This document shows, in pieces, positions 43,733 through 52,490 of a stretch of 52,490 bases of DNA. Location of the stretch: positions 1-52,490 of IMG/VR virus record IMGVR_UViG_3300036785_000427; one strand, written 5' to 3'. Below the pieces are notes generated by a model. It was not told the DNA's origin. It made no database searches and worked only from the letters and a program-made list of their open reading frames with translations. Position numbers and translations under genes: made by a program. The DNA comes from a virus. Taxonomy: Duplodnaviria > Caudoviricetes. Position 1 is the first letter of the stretch; each line of letters starts with the position of its first letter.

Positions 43733-45233
43733 TTTTAATATGTTCTATCAGTTTAACTACAGAAGAATCAGCACGCGACATTTTTACTTTCGGAAGATCT
43801 GCCTTAGGATCATCAGGCTCCATACCCATTTCTTGTTGTTTTTCACGCTGCGCTTGATCTTTCTTTAGCTGTTCCAATAATGTCTTATAATCAAGATTCA
43901 ATGGGCTGGAGTACAGAAGCTTGTTATTTGTGATTGCATCAGCAATCCATTGAATTAACCGGCCCTTATTCTCTGGATCGAAGCTAAATTCCAAAATTTG
44001 ATAAATGGCAATTGCAGCCTTCATCTTTGTATCATCAACTTTAATCTGATCAGAATCTGGTTCACGCAAATATGACGGCCAAATAGCCTGATAACTGTTC
44101 ATCCAATCATAAAATGCTTCTTTATACGATGTGTCAGTATACAGTTCAGGAAATTTCTTCTTCAATGACTTAAAGAATGTTGGAGTCCAGGCTCGGTGCA
44201 TAACTATACGATCTAAGAATCGGTATACTGGGTCCATGGTCTCCCGAAGTCGATCCATGTATCGTGCTACCGATTTCGCATCCTCCGAACCTTCTCCAAA
44301 CCCCTCAGCAAACGATTCCTGGGTAAGGAGTTTAACCGGCATATCGACTGCATTTGCGATGTTTTCAAGAATATTTCGTCTAGCTAGTACGTGTGGACCT
44401 TCCAAATTTTGCATATTTAGAGATTCAATATCTTCTTCAGGGGTGATATTGATCACATTTCCCGTTTCTGCCTCTTTTATAACAGAACGCTTGAAGGCCA
44501 TCGCCCAAGCCATGATATTATCAACGAAATTACCGGGTTGTTTTGTCTTTGCGACAAGGACACCGACCTTAGTCTCAACCAAATCATCAGCAATTAGACT
44601 TTTGATGTAAGATTTTAGAGGATAAAAAGCTCGTTGGTATGCACTTCGACCAACAAACCCAAATGCTGATGTCGTGTATCCCAAATATATCGGTTTTTCA
44701 TTGGTTACAGTCACAGTTCTCGAAGGATGGTACGCCAATCCACTAACTGCAATCTGCGTATACTTCAAAAAGTCCATTGCATTAGGATTTTGGTTCAAAA
44801 CAAGACTACCAGCCGTATTAAGTGGATCAAGAATATTGAAACTAATGTTAAGTTCAGGTAAATCCCAATAATCAATGACTTGATTACTCTTCATTCCATC
44901 AACCAAGAGGGCAACTGACGCAATACCATATATTCTGCTAAGAGTAAGCAAATTATGAACAAGAAAATCACCAGTAATATTCTTCCATTCTTCATTAAAA
45001 GCATCAACACAGTGTTCACCAGGACTATCTGGAACTTTGATAGTCCGTTTTTGTGAAAGTGCAAGGCTGACTGGTCCTTCAGTTATCCGTGCGCCCAAAG
45101 GATGGTACAAATAGATCTCTTTACAAGTCTGATAGCTCACCACATCTCCCGGAACAATGTCCGGAGCTACCAGAAGCTCCTGCAAAGCATTGCCAGGAGT
45201 AGTATCTACTGTGCTTGACGGAATAGAAGTCAT
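43716..45233 (-). CDS. Portal protein (DUF1073-like)
   Basis: 505 aa; IYLYHPLG, SRIYG, YHPSR, GRSAYQR, IANAVDMP..LL...G.GEG.ED. Confidence 0.85.
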   Translation of the reverse strand: MTSIPSSTVDTTPGNALQELLVAPDIVPGDVVSYQTCKEIYLYHPLGARITEGPVSLALSQKRTIKVPDSPGEHCVDAFNEEWKNITGDFLVHNLLTLSRIYGIASVALLVDGMKSNQVIDYWDLPELNISFNILDPLNTAGSLVLNQNPNAMDFLKYTQIAVSGLAYHPSRTVTVTNEKPIYLGYTTSAFGFVGRSAYQRAFYPLKSYIKSLIADDLVETKVGVLVAKTKQPGNFVDNIMAWAMAFKRSVIKEAETGNVINITPEEDIESLNMQNLEGPHVLARRNILENIANAVDMPVKLLTQESFAEGFGEGSEDAKSVARYMDRLRETMDPVYRFLDRIVMHRAWTPTFFKSLKKKFPELYTDTSYKEAFYDWMNSYQAIWPSYLREPDSDQIKVDDTKMKAAIAIYQILEFSFDPENKGRLIQWIADAITNNKLLYSSPLNLDYKTLLEQLKKDQAQREKQQEMGMEPDDPKADLPKVKMSRADSSVVKLIEHIKNASKQ

Positions 45234-45580
45234 CTTGGTGCGATCAAGTTTGGTTTGATTTTGATCGTGCCTGTGAGTGGTGTTCCAACAGTACCATCAG
45301 CCAATGTTACTTGTGCTTCATGGTAATAACTTGATCCCGCTAATCCTACTGTATCAGCAGAAAGTAAATGAACGGTAAATTGCCCATATCCCAATGTAAT
45401 TTGTGCCGTATCTGATGTTTTGGTCACTATAACCGCATCTGTATTCGTTGCCCAATCTTGGGTTGCCATTTCCCACAACACATGACCACCAGTCAAACTC
45501 ACCATCGCGCCGTCTTGATCAACAACTGTAACAACTATTTGAGGTGTATCTCCGGCGAACATTTCAAAATTTTTGGCCAT
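45230..45580 (-). CDS. BppU-N-like adaptor protein
   Basis: GDT..I.V.V.D.DG..V.LTG...G.F.V.L...DT..L....YYHEAQV...G. Confidence 0.65.
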   Translation of the reverse strand: MAKNFEMFAGDTPQIVVTVVDQDGAMVSLTGGHVLWEMATQDWATNTDAVIVTKTSDTAQITLGYGQFTVHLLSADTVGLAGSSYYHEAQVTLADGTVGTPLTGTIKIKPNLIAPR

Positions 45581-48500
45581 CAGGCAGCTTTTTTCAGTCT
45601 AGCTGTTTGATTTAACTTCAAGGTATGATTAAGATTAACTGCCCTATTTATCACACCAGAACAATTGATAGTTCTAACAATTGTTCCAGTCAATGACACT
45701 TTTTGATTCAAGCAACAACCAACAAAACTTACTTTTTGAACAACAACCCCATTAAGATATACTCCACCATAATGATTTCTACTTGCACCAGAGCCAAAGA
45801 CAAACGAACTATATGCATCTAGCACACCGATTCCAGAAGTTTGATCAACACCTATACCATGGATTTGTGAAGAATTAGTGACTAGAGCACCACTTGCACG
45901 CCAAGAAGAAACCGATACACCACTAATCTGCACCGCTCCAGTAGAAAGTATACCAGAGCCAATTGATTTTGTTATAGCTTGTCCAGCTATAATAGCTGGA
46001 CGAGGAACCATTGCCCCACTGTTTGCCTGAAGAGAGAGACCGACACCAGCTACATTAGAATTCTGTGCTATCAATATTCCGGTGGAGATACTACGACTGA
46101 AACCCACACCAGCAATCATGGCCGATGCTGCTACCACTGAGCCAACAGCCGGAGTATTACTGACAGCAGAAGCTACAATCGAAGAATTCGCAGCGGCCAG
46201 TGCAGCCGTAGCAAGAGCCCGACTCGTGCCCGCGCCACTCGCTGTCGCAACCTGTGCTACAAGAGCACCAGTTCCAGTTGTGACTATTACGGCATTTGCT
46301 ACTCCAGCAACAACCGACGATTGTGCTGTCAGCACTCCACTGTTCGCCGCAAGCCCAGAACCGACACCAGCTACAACAGCAGCCTGAGATATCAGCGCTC
46401 CGGTTCCAACACCACGACTAATACCAGAGCCAGCGATCAAGGCTGGTGACACCACCACCGAACCAATAGCAGAACTACTACTAACAGACGAAGCTACGAT
46501 CAAGGAATTTGTTGTCGTCAATACAGCAGTGCCAAGAGCTTTGCTTAAGCCTGCGCCACTCGTCGTCGCAGTCTGCGCTGCAAGAGTGCCAGTTCCAGTT
46601 GTAAATATTATCGCATTCGCCACTCCAGCAATAACAGACGACTGCGAAATTAATACTCCACTGTTCGCCGCAAGTACAGAAGCAACACCAGCGAGAGAAC
46701 TTGACTGTGATGCTAATGCACCAGTCGCAACGCTACTTCCTATGCCAGTAGAAATAAGAGCAGATACTCCTGCCGCTGGTGTGCCAGTAACGACGCTACT
46801 TCCTTTAGCAGAAGAAACAAGAGCAGATACTCCTGCTGCGAGAATACCAGTGCCGACACTACTTCCTACACCAGAAGAAGTAAGAGCAGATACTCCTGCC
46901 GCGAAAGTGCCAGTGCCGACGCTACCTCCTACACCAGAAGAAGTAAGAGCAGATACTCCTGCCGCGAGAGTGCCGGTACCAGCAGCAACATTGCCAGCTA
47001 TACCAGAAGAAGTAAGAACAGATGCTCCTGCTGTGAGAATACCAGTGCCGACGCTACTTCCTACACCAGAGGAAGCAAGAGTAGATACTCCTACAGTCAG
47101 TGTACCAGTTACGATCCAACTGCCTGTGCCAGAAGAAACGAGAGCAGACACTCCTGCCGCTGGCGTTCCAGTAACGATACTACTTCCTTTGGCAGAAGAA
47201 GTAAGAACAGACGAACCTGCCAGAAGTGCACCTGTGCCGACACTACTACTCACAGCCGAAGCTGAAATCGCAACGCTACCAGCAGTCGCAACACCAGAAC
47301 CAAGAGATATTGAAACACCAGTCGAAGCAGCAATAGAGGACTGAGCTGAAAGTACACCTGTTCCTGTCGTAGTTACTGGTGCAGAGCCCCAATAATTAAG
47401 CTGGTTTGAGTCAAGACCTGCACGGTTAAATCCTACTATAGTATCATATATTCCTGTCTCACGAACATTACCGTTGAAATAGACTCCTCCGATCCCTCCC
47501 AAAGTGACAACACCGGCATACATAGAATTGGTACCAAAATTCTGTGAACTATTATCAGTGCCATCAAGCATAATAGCACCAGAACCACCATTATAAATCA
47601 CATTTATTCTATGATATACTCCATCTGTAGCTGTGTAGGTTATACTGGTTCCAGCATTCACAAGCAGCTGGTTAGGATTCGATCCTCCATAGTTAAATAT
47701 CACGGACACAGAACCAGCAGAATCTCCAATGAGATCACTTTGCAAACCATCATTTATATACTCAGCTACGATACTCTCTGCCTCCGGCTGATTGGAGATG
47801 GTAACCCCAGCTTGCATGAGCTGGGCGGAGCTGCGCGTAAATTGCACAGCAGGCTTGTTGTTTCCTCCGTTCAGCAGCAATACTGGCTGATTCGCAGCCG
47901 TGCTTTGGATCATATCCGCAACGCTGGCAGTCTGATCGTAAATTTTTACAACGAACGCAGTTCCTCCATGCGTTGCTATGAATGACGTTACTGCCGCCTG
48001 ATCAAGATCACCACTAGAAATTAGTCCAATGTCAGTTTCAACATTATCACCGCTCGCGCGTACCCTGATCACTTTTATATTGTTAGCAATAGACATAGGA
48101 CTGCCTGCACGCAATCCCCACCATGTCTTAGGTCGCGGCGAAATATCCATCGGCCCGAAATAAGAACTACTGGTAATAAATGCTAGCGAGTTAGCATTCA
48201 GTGCACTTGCATTTGCCGCAGTGAGCACCAATCCATAACAGGACACCTCCAACATGTAACCACCAAACGCATATGTCCCACCAGTCCCGCCTCCTTCATT
48301 CCCGATGAGATTTATTCCAGTGGTAGACGTGTTAGAGACAGATATTACCTCCTCTCCTGCCATAACAAATGTGTGAGATACAGAACCATCATAAGCTGCC
48401 GCTACCGATGTCCATAAATCAGGCGGAACAACAAGTGTGGAACTACCCAATATAGCAATGAAATTTATAACATTCTGAACAGTGTTGACATTGTTGATAC

Positions 48501-49707
48501 GAAACATAAACGCGCCAGATACCGCATTTGAAACAATCGTGCCATAATTTCCACTCAAATGCGGATTGACAACAGCGACTAAACTCCTTGGCAGGCTCGC
48601 TGGCAGCGCCGAAGCCATTGTGAGATAATGCGGCACTGTTCGATCAAAATAAATTGAGGGGACCAAAGTCGCAGTGGAAAATAGAGGTTGATTTCCAACA
48701 GTAGATTGTGAAGCAGTATACCCGTTACCAGTCTGATCATACAAAGTTACAACATACAAGGAGCTTCCTGAGGCAAATGTTGCAATCGCAGCAGTGTCCA
48801 AACCGCCTGCGGGTAAAGTTGCAAAATCTTGCTCTACATTATCGGAGCTGCGGCGTAGACGCACCGCGTTAGTTCCTCTCACAGCAGAGCTATATGCACG
48901 CAGACCCCACCAAGCAGTCGCGCCTGATACAATATCTCCAGGGCCAGTGTACAAAACCGCGCCAGTGACGGTGCCACTTCCAACAACTGTGGACGCAGTA
49001 GCAGCGAGGGCACCAACTGTTGATTGAGAAGAACTGATGCTATTGCTGACAAGTGTAGCAGCCTGAGACACAGGAGTACCGGTCCCAGAAGAGGTAGTAG
49101 CTACGAAATCAGAAGTAGTGATCGCACCAGCAGACTCGACATAGAACACCGCGTCACTAGTGTTACTGCCAGAAGTAGCAACGATACTCCATTCACACTG
49201 GACAAACAAGTACTCATTGTTAAATGTGAGCGTCGAGCCAGGAGTCCAGGTAACGGTCGAGGTGGCCGATGCCGTGGTTGAAAGCACAGCGGTCGTCGTG
49301 CCAGTAAGGACCGCAGTCGTTAGTTCGGTATTACCGGATGCACCGTTATTAGTTGTAGACTTCCAAATCCGGCATTTGATAGCACCAGTCTGGCTCGACA
49401 CTGCCGATACTGCACGAACGCGAAATGCAAACGACCAATTGGTATTTGCGAACGTGCCAGTAAACGGATTCTCTGAGCGCCAACACGTTGCTGGCGTTAA
49501 CGATGGAGTGGCAAGAGCATCAGTCGCAGCAAAAGTAGTAGAAGCCTTCTTAAACCCGACATTCTGGGCCGAGAAATTTGGACTAGCGAGCTTGGCGACA
49601 GTCCAGCCAGTCGCGGTTATTGCTCCAACCGGAGCAGTGCCACCGTCCTGCAAGGACAGAGCACCACTACTGGTAACATCTTTGAAGTAGAGTGTCTTAA
49701 CCGCCAT
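45580..49707 (-). CDS. Large fibre protein: two ConA/LamG-like domains plus 21-residue repeat shaft
   Basis: Duplicated WWGLRA...R.R.S.DN.E.D...YDQ domains; Ser/Gly/Ala/Val/Thr repeats. Confidence 0.75.
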   Translation of the reverse strand: MAVKTLYFKDVTSSGALSLQDGGTAPVGAITATGWTVAKLASPNFSAQNVGFKKASTTFAATDALATPSLTPATCWRSENPFTGTFANTNWSFAFRVRAVSAVSSQTGAIKCRIWKSTTNNGASGNTELTTAVLTGTTTAVLSTTASATSTVTWTPGSTLTFNNEYLFVQCEWSIVATSGSNTSDAVFYVESAGAITTSDFVATTSSGTGTPVSQAATLVSNSISSSQSTVGALAATASTVVGSGTVTGAVLYTGPGDIVSGATAWWGLRAYSSAVRGTNAVRLRRSSDNVEQDFATLPAGGLDTAAIATFASGSSLYVVTLYDQTGNGYTASQSTVGNQPLFSTATLVPSIYFDRTVPHYLTMASALPASLPRSLVAVVNPHLSGNYGTIVSNAVSGAFMFRINNVNTVQNVINFIAILGSSTLVVPPDLWTSVAAAYDGSVSHTFVMAGEEVISVSNTSTTGINLIGNEGGGTGGTYAFGGYMLEVSCYGLVLTAANASALNANSLAFITSSSYFGPMDISPRPKTWWGLRAGSPMSIANNIKVIRVRASGDNVETDIGLISSGDLDQAAVTSFIATHGGTAFVVKIYDQTASVADMIQSTAANQPVLLLNGGNNKPAVQFTRSSAQLMQAGVTISNQPEAESIVAEYINDGLQSDLIGDSAGSVSVIFNYGGSNPNQLLVNAGTSITYTATDGVYHRINVIYNGGSGAIMLDGTDNSSQNFGTNSMYAGVVTLGGIGGVYFNGNVRETGIYDTIVGFNRAGLDSNQLNYWGSAPVTTTGTGVLSAQSSIAASTGVSISLGSGVATAGSVAISASAVSSSVGTGALLAGSSVLTSSAKGSSIVTGTPAAGVSALVSSGTGSWIVTGTLTVGVSTLASSGVGSSVGTGILTAGASVLTSSGIAGNVAAGTGTLAAGVSALTSSGVGGSVGTGTFAAGVSALTSSGVGSSVGTGILAAGVSALVSSAKGSSVVTGTPAAGVSALISTGIGSSVATGALASQSSSLAGVASVLAANSGVLISQSSVIAGVANAIIFTTGTGTLAAQTATTSGAGLSKALGTAVLTTTNSLIVASSVSSSSAIGSVVVSPALIAGSGISRGVGTGALISQAAVVAGVGSGLAANSGVLTAQSSVVAGVANAVIVTTGTGALVAQVATASGAGTSRALATAALAAANSSIVASAVSNTPAVGSVVAASAMIAGVGFSRSISTGILIAQNSNVAGVGLSLQANSGAMVPRPAIIAGQAITKSIGSGILSTGAVQISGVSVSSWRASGALVTNSSQIHGIGVDQTSGIGVLDAYSSFVFGSGASRNHYGGVYLNGVVVQKVSFVGCCLNQKVSLTGTIVRTINCSGVINRAVNLNHTLKLNQTARLKKAA
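45790..47370 (-). repeat. ~63-bp coding repeat array (about 25 imperfect 21-aa units)
   Basis: e.g. SSVGTGILAAGVSALVSSAKG; near-identical DNA units at 46750-47220. Confidence 0.85.
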
Positions 49708-49958
49708 TACTCACGCCATTCAAAGCGGTATGTACAAGAGGGCTTATCCATGATTTGGTTAGGATGCGATGGCCAGACGTTACAGCCGTTGAGATAGTAT
49801 GGATGGACACCATAACCAGAACAATGTCCGTGACCGCCTATTATACGATAAAGTGGACAGGCCTCAGGAACAACGGCCGGACCTTCTTCACCATTAAATG
49901 GATCACCACTACAACATTCACCACAGCGACAACATTCTCCTGAACGAATCCAGGTCAT
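49707..49958 (-). CDS. Cysteine-cluster protein (CxxCxxCC / YkgJ-like)
   Basis: CCRCGECC...CP...C...C..WP...C; coupled on both sides. Confidence 0.7.
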   Translation of the reverse strand: MTWIRSGECCRCGECCSGDPFNGEEGPAVVPEACPLYRIIGGHGHCSGYGVHPYYLNGCNVWPSHPNQIMDKPSCTYRFEWRE

Positions 49959-50332
49959 GGAGGAGCGCTGTAGGTCAACGACGATACGTGAACAGTTTGA
50001 CCGGCAGATATAACAACAGAGTTCAACTGAATATCACCACCACCACCAGTCGCGGTTACCGAGCAAAGAACAACGGGTGTGGCACCACCTTGTCGTAATT
50101 CAGCCTTTGTAATCGTACCACCGACCGCATTGGTATCATCAGTAATCGCATTGGCGGTTGATGTTCCAGTCGCTGCCGCACCGAAAGACGGATTCCCAAA
50201 TGTACATGTCGCCACCGTAACACTCGCTGCTGTTTGGAATACGAGCTTACCGGGTGGCGTGTTAATATCAATCTGACCACAGACGTAGCCAGCAATGCCA
50301 TTCCGAATTGCAGTAGGATGCGTAACCGCCAT
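49955..50332 (-). CDS. Small beta-rich virion structural protein
   Basis: AGGAG RBS; RN...GKL...PSFGAA..G...GGGDIQLNS..I.AGQTV.VSS.TY. Confidence 0.7.
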   Translation of the reverse strand: MAVTHPTAIRNGIAGYVCGQIDINTPPGKLVFQTAASVTVATCTFGNPSFGAAATGTSTANAITDDTNAVGGTITKAELRQGGATPVVLCSVTATGGGGDIQLNSVVISAGQTVHVSSLTYSAPP

Positions 50333-50341
50333 GATAAGCTC

Positions 50342-50554
50342 CTATCTAACTTCACCCTGTCCAGAAACATATGCAGATCGTTCACTTTCATATTGTTCAA
50401 TCAACTTTACCAAATTTTCAGCTAACCAGCGATCTAATAGATTTGATAGTGCTGTACCATCTTCACAATTATAACGTAGACCAGGAATATACATACCGAT
50501 CAACCGATCACCATCATGAAACTCAAGTTCTTGTAAAGGCTCAAAGATTCTCAT
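50342..50554 (-). CDS. Hypothetical protein
   Basis: ATGA-coupled start at 50554. Confidence 0.6.
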   Translation of the reverse strand: MRIFEPLQELEFHDGDRLIGMYIPGLRYNCEDGTALSNLLDRWLAENLVKLIEQYESERSAYVSGQGEVR

Positions 50555-50889
50555 GCTGTCACCGTCAGAGAAATCCCAGTGGGACAACTCTGGACATAAA
50601 GACCATTCGCAAATGCTTGTGAACCAGAAACAGGCCACACTGATCTAGGAAAAGTTGGAGCAGTTGTTCCTGGAGTTAGAGCAACTCCCGGCCTTGGTTC
50701 AAACAGAAAGACTAATGCAGATATCGTGGCCGCAAACAAATTACGACCTCCAGGTCCATCTGTAATACGAACCTGAGCATCTTTATCAGTAATCGTCGGA
50801 GCAACAGCGACTGTAAGAGCAGTCATTGTTCCGGCTGCTGCTACAAGAGATGTTCCAACCTTGGTATTGTCAACAGTATAAGTCGCCAT
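50551..50889 (-). CDS. Small beta-rich hypothetical (structural) protein
   Basis: TAATG-coupled; C-terminal F.NGLYV motif. Confidence 0.65.
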   Translation of the reverse strand: MATYTVDNTKVGTSLVAAAGTMTALTVAVAPTITDKDAQVRITDGPGGRNLFAATISALVFLFEPRPGVALTPGTTAPTFPRSVWPVSGSQAFANGLYVQSCPTGISLTVTA

Positions 50890-51485
50890 TATTCTGCCTT
50901 CGCAGGTTCTGTGAAGGTGAAATCAATAGGATCCGTATAAACTGTTCCTTCATGTACTTGGACAGGAATTGGATCTGGAGTAACCAACGGTGGTCTCACT
51001 ACCGTTGTCACTTCTGTATCAGAAACCAAGGTCGTAGGTTTATCAACTCCACCAAACGAGATCACTGAATCAGCCCCAAATCCTGTACCAATGCAAGAAA
51101 GGGTAAAATCAGAGTCACCAGAAACAGCAGTGTCTGGAGAGAGTGATGTTAAAGCTGGAGGTGCAGGAGGTGTGTCATGCTCAATTTCAAAACTACTTCC
51201 TGGAGGAATATCCTTAACCACAAGATTTGAAAAACGCGATCTACCACCAGACATAAGATTGCTATCAATACTCACATGAGAGGTTGCTATATGCAGATTG
51301 AATAATGTATTTTCTTGAAGCACAATATCATTATCATTTTGATCTTTTCCAATGACCTGATTAACCAAACAAAGATAATCATTCCCATATTGAGTTGGAA
51401 CAGACTTCAGTGTAATAGAAGTCAACATCTCATTTGCTGCGATGCTTGTCCCACGAGAAGTTTCATCTATCATTACCGTGGTCAT
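50889..51485 (-). CDS. IPT/TIG (Ig-like) domain protein
   Basis: P.LTSLSPDTAV.G...FTL...GTGF...SVI.FGG....TT.VSDTE; TAATG-coupled to terminase. Confidence 0.75.
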   Translation of the reverse strand: MTTVMIDETSRGTSIAANEMLTSITLKSVPTQYGNDYLCLVNQVIGKDQNDNDIVLQENTLFNLHIATSHVSIDSNLMSGGRSRFSNLVVKDIPPGSSFEIEHDTPPAPPALTSLSPDTAVSGDSDFTLSCIGTGFGADSVISFGGVDKPTTLVSDTEVTTVVRPPLVTPDPIPVQVHEGTVYTDPIDFTFTEPAKAE

Positions 51486-52489
51486 TAATATCCCTCCCAA
51501 TTTCCTAACGAGATTGCTATTCCATATGTAAAGGCATCAAGTAGATCATCCGCACGTTCTTCAATGTCACCTACACGAAATCCAAGCACCTGACCTAAAA
51601 GATGGTTCTTAGCCACCTGCTTATAAGATATGACTCTATCAAAAGCAGTTTCAAGAAACTTAACCTTCTTTTGGAAGACATAGCCGGATACGTTGATAGC
51701 TCTCTCTGCCTTGCCGAGTTGTGTCAGTTTCTGTGGTAGCTCACTCACAAGAAAATTACGACGACGAGCTTGTTGAAGAAGAATAGAACCAGAAGCCTTA
51801 TCTTCAATGAAGCAACCCTTACTGCCCAATCGAGCCCCACACTTCTTTGCATACTCCTCCAGATTATTATATGCAACCGGAAGCCAAAGCTCTAACATCC
51901 CACCTTCAATTTGAAAGTATTCATAATCAACAACCTTGAGCCACTTTTGATCACCTAATGATTCATAAGCCCAATAGACAATGCCGGTTCCATCATTTTC
52001 TTTGCCAGTTTTAACCGCAGTATCAATCGTGGCGAATACATACATACATCGTTCTGGGAAGGGTTCTGGTTTCCCTTCCGTTAACATATTATCTAAACTA
52101 AAGAATGCTTGTCCTGCCCAATCTACGAACTCAGCTAGATACTCTTGCGCGTAGACTAAGGGGGCGTTGTCTCGTTCAAGTTTTTCCAGTTCATCGGCTG
52201 GGAGGAACGGATTGCTATGTGACGGAGCGTGATATTCTTTGAATCCGTACTCTGGCAAATTGCAGATGCGCCAGAAAAGATTATCCTCGTTGATACCATT
52301 AGTATTTGACGCAATGATAGCTGCCCCACGGAAGTCAAGAAGGGTAGGTCGTATAGCTTTTTCCCAGACAGAGATTGCATTGGGTTTCGTGAATGCGGCT
52401 TCATCTATGATAACAAGATGATAAAACCTAGATCGACCTGCCTTCTCATCCTCAAGGGTCCATATTTCAATACGACCACCAGACGATGT
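51485..52489 (-). CDS. terL: Terminase large subunit (5' end outside window)
   Basis: Frame open to window edge: GRSRFYHLVIIDEAAF (Walker B), QEYLAEF, nuclease IDTA, IEDKASG, DDLLDA. Confidence 0.95.
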   Translation of the reverse strand, partial: TSSGGRIEIWTLEDEKAGRSRFYHLVIIDEAAFTKPNAISVWEKAIRPTLLDFRGAAIIASNTNGINEDNLFWRICNLPEYGFKEYHAPSHSNPFLPADELEKLERDNAPLVYAQEYLAEFVDWAGQAFFSLDNMLTEGKPEPFPERCMYVFATIDTAVKTGKENDGTGIVYWAYESLGDQKWLKVVDYEYFQIEGGMLELWLPVAYNNLEEYAKKCGARLGSKGCFIEDKASGSILLQQARRRNFLVSELPQKLTQLGKAERAINVSGYVFQKKVKFLETAFDRVISYKQVAKNHLLGQVLGFRVGDIEERADDLLDAFTYGIAISLGNWEGY

Positions 52490-52490
52490 C

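Larger units (their letters stand above)
1..52490. mobile_element. Tailed bacteriophage genome segment (myovirus-type)
   Basis: Terminase, portal, capsid, sheath/tube, baseplate, lysis and phage replication genes throughout; no host genes; no integrase in window. Confidence 0.97.

Noticed and set aside
43716-45233. Anti-CBASS Acb1 activity, often attached to this portal family in annotations
   Set aside because: No HxT/HxS phosphoesterase domain visible; only the portal is supported
46750-47220. CRISPR-like periodic repeats
   Set aside because: 63-bp in-frame coding repeats with no unique spacers and no cas genes
46082-47344. Long + strand ORFs with repeats (101 and 271 aa)
   Set aside because: Antisense shadows of the Ser/Gly/Ala repeat shaft
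52156-52404. Apparent split or frameshifted terminase
   Set aside because: The terminase frame is open to the window edge and contains the Walker B motif; this ORF is an out-of-frame shadow
1-52490. Stop-codon recoding, tRNA genes, integrase, introns or inteins
   Set aside because: Genes are full length in the standard code using all three stops; no cloverleaf, recombinase or splicing motifs recognised

Overview
The whole window is a fragment of a tailed dsDNA phage genome (myovirus-type contractile tail), with no host housekeeping genes. Positions 1-9050 (+ strand) form a nucleotide-metabolism and replication arm: sugar-nucleotidyltransferase, thymidylate-synthase-family (dUMP-type) enzyme, HD deoxynucleotidase, DUF3310 kinase-like protein, family A DNA polymerase, ExoX-like exonuclease, PD-(D/E)XK nuclease and SNF2 helicase. 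Positions 9459-52490 (- strand) form a tightly coupled late operon read right to left: terminase (cut by the window edge), a ~6.3 kb accessory fibre module, portal, NUDIX-fused head protease, scaffold, decoration, capsid, neck, sheath, tube, chaperone, two paralogous tape-measure-like genes, baseplate, fibres, two paralogous holin-like genes and a four-domain endolysin. The arms converge on a ~400 bp hairpin-rich non-coding region. Main leads: (1) a probable hydroxymethyluracil DNA-modification pathway coupled to a sugar-activating enzyme; (2) duplicated tape-measure proteins, one carrying ClpP-like, M23, lysozyme-like and PG-binding domains; (3) an unnamed ~100-aa domain present free and grafted onto baseplate and neck proteins; (4) a periodic 21-residue repeat fibre module between terminase and portal; (5) a 33-bp motif shared by the polymerase leader and the structured convergence region, and a three-way RNA junction after the capsid gene. 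All family assignments come from reading motifs by eye; no searches were run. An alphaproteobacterial (Hyphomicrobiales-like) host is an inference only.
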